Positions 59,295 through 64,000 of a DNA stretch of 64,000 nt are shown one piece after another. The DNA is from a virus. The notes below the pieces were generated by a model. It saw nothing but the letters and a program-made list of their open reading frames with translations. It was not told the origin of the DNA and did no database searches. The stretch's first letter is position 1; each line of letters opens with the position of its first letter. The stretch is from positions 1 to 64,000 of IMG/VR virus record IMGVR_UViG_3300042564_002580. The stretch is one strand, 5' to 3'. The translations under genes and the position numbers were made by a program.

Positions 59295-60350
59295 ATGAGT
59301 AATGAACTATTAGCAAAAGCAGCTGAAGCAGGCACAACACTAACAGGTGGAATGACTGGCGCAGCAAACCCTACCGACGGAATTCACGTAGGTTCCGAGG
59401 GTAAGGGAGGTTTGCTCAATCCTGAGCAATCCGCAAGATTCCTCGATTACATGTTCGATGCAACAGTAATCGGTAAAGTAGCACGTACAGTTCGAATGAG
59501 AGCTGACACTACAGAGATTGATCGTATTGGCGTTGGCACAAAGCTTATGAAGCTTGCAGCTGAAGCAGAGAACACTGGCGAAAATGCAGCCGTACAGTTC
59601 TCAAAGATTTCTCTCACAACAAAGAAGCTTCGCCTAGATTGGGAGCTTTCAACTGAGTCTCTAGAAGACAACATTGAAGGTGCAGATCTAGAAGATCACA
59701 TTGCAAGACTTATGGCAACACAGGCTGGTAACGACCTTGAGGACGTAGTCCTTAACGGTAACACAGCTCTAACATCAGATGCACTATACAAGTCATTTGA
59801 CGGTGTTGTTAAGATTGCAAAGGCAAACGGCCATGTAGTAGCTGGAGCAGGCGCAAACGTGTCTCGTGAAATCTTCAACAAGGCTCTTAAGGCTATGCCA
59901 CGTAAGTACAAGCAACGTCGTCCAGACCTACGCTTCCTTGCAGGCTCAAACCTAATTCAAGACTACTTGTACTCAACTTCACAGTTGGGTCAATACGGTT
60001 CTGCTAACCCACAAGATATTGCTTCAAGCATTATCCGTGGAAATGAAGGCGGACTTGGTGGACCTGCAGGATATGTGGCACCATTCGCATTCGGTATTCC
60101 GATTGTTGAAGTTCCACTTCTTTCAGAGACACAAACTGGTACATATGCAACACCAACAGGCTCACATGGAGATGTCCACTTGACATTCCCAAATAACGTA
60201 GTTATTGGTATCAAGCGTGATGTAACTGTTTACCGATTCTTCTGGCCAAAGAAGGACTCAATCGAATATACAATGTATACTCGCGTTGGTACCCAAATTG
60301 AGCAGGCAGACGCATGGGTAGTCGTAAAAGACGTTAAGGTTGCTTCTTAA
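59295..60350 (+). CDS. Major capsid protein
   Basis: GGLLNPEQ..F, LEDNIEG, GIPIVEVP; position after protease; biased codon usage. Confidence 0.9.
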   Translation: MSNELLAKAAEAGTTLTGGMTGAANPTDGIHVGSEGKGGLLNPEQSARFLDYMFDATVIGKVARTVRMRADTTEIDRIGVGTKLMKLAAEAENTGENAAVQFSKISLTTKKLRLDWELSTESLEDNIEGADLEDHIARLMATQAGNDLEDVVLNGNTALTSDALYKSFDGVVKIAKANGHVVAGAGANVSREIFNKALKAMPRKYKQRRPDLRFLAGSNLIQDYLYSTSQLGQYGSANPQDIASSIIRGNEGGLGGPAGYVAPFAFGIPIVEVPLLSETQTGTYATPTGSHGDVHLTFPNNVVIGIKRDVTVYRFFWPKKDSIEYTMYTRVGTQIEQADAWVVVKDVKVAS

Positions 60351-60371
60351 TTTAAGAAATAACTTGCTGGA

Positions 60372-60406
60372 AAGGCCCCCAATTAATTTTGGGGGCTTTT
60401 CATTTT
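60372..60406 (+). terminator. Intrinsic terminator after MCP
   Basis: AAGGCCCCCAA..TTGGGGGCTTTTCATTTT. Confidence 0.8.
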
Positions 60407-60450
60407 AATTTTCTAGTGCTATAATTTATATACATACCAAAGGAGTATAT

Positions 60451-60849
60451 ATGTCATTTGACACACTTAAGGTCAAGGATCTAAAGACATTAGCAGCAAA
60501 CTTTGCAGTTGATGTCGATGGACTAAAAAATAAAGCAGATGTAATTGCGGCACTTGCAGAAGAGGGAGTTACTTGGTCAGTTTACCAAGGAACACTCAAG
60601 AATATTGAAAGCGCAAAAGAAGATGCAGACGAGATTCTTCCTAGACTGGATCCAAATCAAAAAATTGATGAAGATATGATTCTAGTAAAGATGGACAGAC
60701 CAAATGCTAGATATGATGCCCTAGGCTTTACATTTACAAGAGATCATCCATTTGTAGCAATGAAGCCCGATGTGGCTCAAGAAATTTTTGATAAGGAGGA
60801 AGGGTTTAGATTAGCTACCCCTAGAGAAGTACAGGAGTACTACAACTAA
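60451..60849 (+). CDS. Head-associated protein with N-terminal HEH/Rho-N-like domain
   Basis: LKVKDLKTLA..KADVIAAL. Confidence 0.6.
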   Translation: MSFDTLKVKDLKTLAANFAVDVDGLKNKADVIAALAEEGVTWSVYQGTLKNIESAKEDADEILPRLDPNQKIDEDMILVKMDRPNARYDALGFTFTRDHPFVAMKPDVAQEIFDKEEGFRLATPREVQEYYN

Positions 60850-60858
60850 GCCTAACAA

Positions 60859-61842
60859 ATGGCAGAGATATATGTAAACACAAGCACACCTGCAACAACA
60901 AAGATTTATGTAAAGGGTGAGGCTGTAACACCTAGCTCTCCAGTAACTGTCAAAGTTTATGACATAACTGGAGACCCAGTCATATCTCCACCAATTAATC
61001 CAACATCAATACTTGCAACCATTACAGCTGAGCAAAGCGAGGTTGATATAGGATCCTATAGCGTTTATCTACCACTATCGTACACAGCAAGAACAAGAAA
61101 GTTTAAGCTGGTATGGGAATGGCAGTATGAAGGCTCTTCCTATTCTAATACAACGATGCTTGATATTGTAACCCCGTATGTAGATATACAGGAGGCTGCA
61201 CAAGAAATGGGATTGGGTTCAGATTCTAATGATCCAAATCACAAGACATATCAAGAACTTAAGCTTGCTGAAAGATATGCAAGAAATATAATTGATGGAT
61301 ATACTGGTCAAAAGTTTTTCCTACACGATGATTATTTTTCTTCAGTAGGAAATGATTCTGACACTATGCCTCTTACCAAAAAAGTAAATAGACTGCACAC
61401 CCTTCACGCAAATGATCAGCTTCTTATTGATAATTTAAATGAAGTTAATAACCTTGGCTTGACCGTAGATATTACTACAAGCGGTTTTGGGCTAAAGGTA
61501 AATATAGCATCTATTTTAGATAATGATGTTTATATAGCTAACGGAATGATCCCTCCATCAATTCACGACTCTTCTCCAGATATATTTAGAAGGTCTAAGA
61601 ATTATAAAGTCTACGCTAGATTTGGTTGGGAATATGTTCCAAACGAGGTTCGTGACGCAGCTGTAGAAATAATGAAGATGTACTTTGCAAAAGATCGTGT
61701 CTGGAAAGACAGATATGTTAAAAAGGTCTCCACGACAGACTGGGACTTTGAATATTCTTCAGAAGCATTTAGTGGAACTGGCTCTTCATACGCAGACAAA
61801 CTACTTGCAGACTATGTAATAACACAAATGGTTCTGGTGTAA
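60859..61842 (+). CDS. Head-tail adaptor
   Basis: IIDGYTGQKF, FGWEYVPNEVRDAA, LLADY; position. Confidence 0.7.
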   Translation: MAEIYVNTSTPATTKIYVKGEAVTPSSPVTVKVYDITGDPVISPPINPTSILATITAEQSEVDIGSYSVYLPLSYTARTRKFKLVWEWQYEGSSYSNTTMLDIVTPYVDIQEAAQEMGLGSDSNDPNHKTYQELKLAERYARNIIDGYTGQKFFLHDDYFSSVGNDSDTMPLTKKVNRLHTLHANDQLLIDNLNEVNNLGLTVDITTSGFGLKVNIASILDNDVYIANGMIPPSIHDSSPDIFRRSKNYKVYARFGWEYVPNEVRDAAVEIMKMYFAKDRVWKDRYVKKVSTTDWDFEYSSEAFSGTGSSYADKLLADYVITQMVLV

Positions 61843-62267
61843 TGTTTGACTTAGTAGACGGCCTCATGACCATGAAGATGGACGTATATCGACAAACTGA
61901 GCAGCAGGATAAAGATACTGGCGCAATGATAAGGGAGTTTTCTTTTATAAAAACAATTGATTGCTATGCTAGAGGAGTAATTACTGAAAGCAGAAACAGG
62001 TCTAATGATAGCCAGAAGTTTTCAAATAAATATTCAAATAACCAATACATCGAGGCTAGAACATCCGACAGGCTAACTGCAAGAGATAAGGTTAAGAATA
62101 TCCGAGATGTAAATGGAAAGCCTATCTGGTACGAGCTAAACTATCCAAGCGATACAGATACAGTTTTTGATGTTGTAGGAACTACACCAATATCAGACCC
62201 ATTTGGAAATGTTGTAGGATATAACTCTTCATTACAAAGAGCGGAGAATCAGCAAATTGGCATCTGA
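61842..62267 (+). CDS. Head closure/stopper protein
   Basis: Size and synteny. Confidence 0.55.
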   Translation: MFDLVDGLMTMKMDVYRQTEQQDKDTGAMIREFSFIKTIDCYARGVITESRNRSNDSQKFSNKYSNNQYIEARTSDRLTARDKVKNIRDVNGKPIWYELNYPSDTDTVFDVVGTTPISDPFGNVVGYNSSLQRAENQQIGI

Positions 62268-63048
62268 AGTTTTAGCAATTAAAGCAGCAAGCGGATTAGT
62301 TAACCTTATGGCTAATAAGCCAGTAAGTGGTGCAATAAAAGATAGCACAGTTGCACAGATATCTGCTGCATTGTTTTATAAAACAAATGTCATGGCCAAG
62401 CTTGCAGAGAATCCTCAATTTCAATCTGCATTTAGAAATGTAATCTTTGATCAACTTCAGGTTGATTTTGGAGACTATGTGGACGCTAAGGCAAGAACAG
62501 CCCCTAAATCTTTTCACCATGTTTATGAATGGGGTAGAATAGGCGATGATCAGGCCAGACTATTCAAGTTGAAGCAGCTACCAGCCGATGGCCTTTCGCT
62601 AAAAGTTAATTATGAATTAACAGACTCTAAATCATTTGTGCCTTCTGAAAACTCTAACAATAAGCATGTGTTTGTTAAGAAAGCTTCAGTTATGGAAGAG
62701 GGAAAAACCGTAGTTATTTCTCCAAGATTTTCTGAAAGGCTTGTATTTGATGTTGATGGATACACAATATTTATGCCAAAGGGAGAATCTGTTACTGTGA
62801 AAAAACCAGGAGGAGCGGCAACTAAAAATGCATTCTTTGCACAATATAGATACTTCTTTACTGGACAGCTTGTTAACATGTCTATAAAAAAATCGGGATT
62901 CCAAAGACTATTTAATTCATCATTGTCTAGAGCATTAGGTGTACCAGCACAAGTTAAATCAGTTAAGTATAGCTTCTCTCCAAATCAATTGGCAAATGAA
63001 GCAGAAATTGCAACATCAGCAGCATTTGCGAGGTTAGTAAATGGCTAA
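62257..63048 (+). CDS. Neck/tail-completion protein
   Basis: Synteny. Confidence 0.5.
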   Translation: MASEVLAIKAASGLVNLMANKPVSGAIKDSTVAQISAALFYKTNVMAKLAENPQFQSAFRNVIFDQLQVDFGDYVDAKARTAPKSFHHVYEWGRIGDDQARLFKLKQLPADGLSLKVNYELTDSKSFVPSENSNNKHVFVKKASVMEEGKTVVISPRFSERLVFDVDGYTIFMPKGESVTVKKPGGAATKNAFFAQYRYFFTGQLVNMSIKKSGFQRLFNSSLSRALGVPAQVKSVKYSFSPNQLANEAEIATSAAFARLVNG

Positions 63049-63550
63049 TTATAAACTAGATGCGATGTTTGAAATAAGAAAGTTTTTGTGGAATAGACTC
63101 ACATGGCTTGGCATATTTGATGAAGAAAACTATTATTCAGATAATCTAAATGAGACTCTTGTGCCAATTGTCCCAGTCCAGCAACAGCCAGAGATGAATC
63201 AGTTCCTTAGCGGAAAGAAGCATATAGTCTATGACAAGGTTGGAATGTCATATGAGAACAACTGGATGATATGCTGCGAACAAATACTTCTTACCCTATA
63301 TTCACCAGACCTTCTTGATATTGTTGAGATAAGAAACTTCCTTACTGATGAATTTAGAAGAATGGATGAGTCTGCCAAGGATGTAAATAAATGGGCGGGG
63401 CTATCAGATAAATTCAAGTTCCATAGCATCCATATAGCAGACATATCATCTACAGCCCCATCAGAAGAGATACAAGGCTTCTATGCAGCAGATGTAATAT
63501 TAGAGGTAAAATACTCAAGAATAACTAATGGCCAAGGAAGATTTGCTTAA
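63041..63550 (+). CDS. Tail terminator protein
   Basis: Size and synteny before tail tube. Confidence 0.55.
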   Translation: MANYKLDAMFEIRKFLWNRLTWLGIFDEENYYSDNLNETLVPIVPVQQQPEMNQFLSGKKHIVYDKVGMSYENNWMICCEQILLTLYSPDLLDIVEIRNFLTDEFRRMDESAKDVNKWAGLSDKFKFHSIHIADISSTAPSEEIQGFYAADVILEVKYSRITNGQGRFA

Positions 63551-63651
63551 TTTGCCTTTTATACCTTAGTAGAGTAAAATTAGAACAGAGGAAAGGGCCT
63601 AGCCAGCCACATATATATATATTAATTTCATGAAATGAAGGAGAAATAACA

Positions 63652-64000
63652 ATGGCACAAAACATTGGAAATGCAAAAAACATTCTTGTTGGTGCATCAC
63701 CGCTATTCTTGTCTGTAGACGATTCTACAGTTTCAGGATACGATGACAGCATGGAGGCAGGACAAGCAAACGCAGGAACAGCAGCAGTTGGTGCAGTAAA
63801 GCCATCCACTCTAGTACCAGCATTTGCATCAGGAGTTTCTTACACAGATACTCTAAACGGAGCAACACCAAATAAAGCAGGTGGCGTTACAGCAGCAGCC
63901 TACCGCAACGTAGGTTTTACAAACAACGGTCTTCAGATCAGCTACCAGCCAACATTCGATTCAGTAACTGTTGATCAGTTGCTCGATACAGCTAAGCTAT
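63652..64000 (+). CDS. Major tail tube protein (3'-truncated)
   Basis: SD AAGGAG; MAQNIGNAKNILVGASPLF..VGFTNNGLQISYQPTF..VTVDQLLD. Confidence 0.75.
   Translation, partial: MAQNIGNAKNILVGASPLFLSVDDSTVSGYDDSMEAGQANAGTAAVGAVKPSTLVPAFASGVSYTDTLNGATPNKAGGVTAAAYRNVGFTNNGLQISYQPTFDSVTVDQLLDTAKL

Overview
64 kb of a large, AT-rich tailed-phage genome, most likely a siphovirus of freshwater Actinobacteria (inferred from WhiB, an Lsr2-like peptide, many leaderless genes and a host-like secreted surface protein). Layout: 1-20.4 kb, + strand lysis cassette and accessory genes (CHAP amidase, SDR, WhiB, three proteases, thioredoxin, GroES, LLM monooxygenase, sulfotransferase, 2OG-Fe(II) oxygenases, tRNA-Arg); 20.4-32.8 kb, a minus-strand block of about 40 small early-type genes (DUF932, DUF1281-like, mini-Lsr2, tRNA-Asp); 32.8-38.7 kb, glycosyltransferase, tRNA-Ile(UAU), oxygenases and a transglycosylase; 38.8-40.8 kb, class II RNR; 41-64 kb, virion genes (fibre chain, FN3-(FFSPPFFPPG)8 protein followed by five prolyl-hydroxylase-like genes, LamG protein, portal, protease/scaffold, major capsid, neck, start of major tail). 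The most unusual signal is non-coding and lies in the 20.6-32.8 kb block. Nine same-orientation copies of a fixed-spacing scaffold (TTCCAGGG-N15/16-CGTAA-N~12-CCC..GGGC) sit between gene cassettes and are studded with apparent host regulator sites: 7 perfect DnaA boxes, 6 perfect CRP boxes (TGTGA-N6-TCACA), GACACGCC (WhiA-like) boxes and further palindromes. The genes are driven by 15 copies of a non-canonical TGTCAG-N10-TANNNT promoter, and two intergenic gaps carry a 27-nt covarying pseudoknot. Motif coordinates were read by eye and functions are inferred; no database searches were run.
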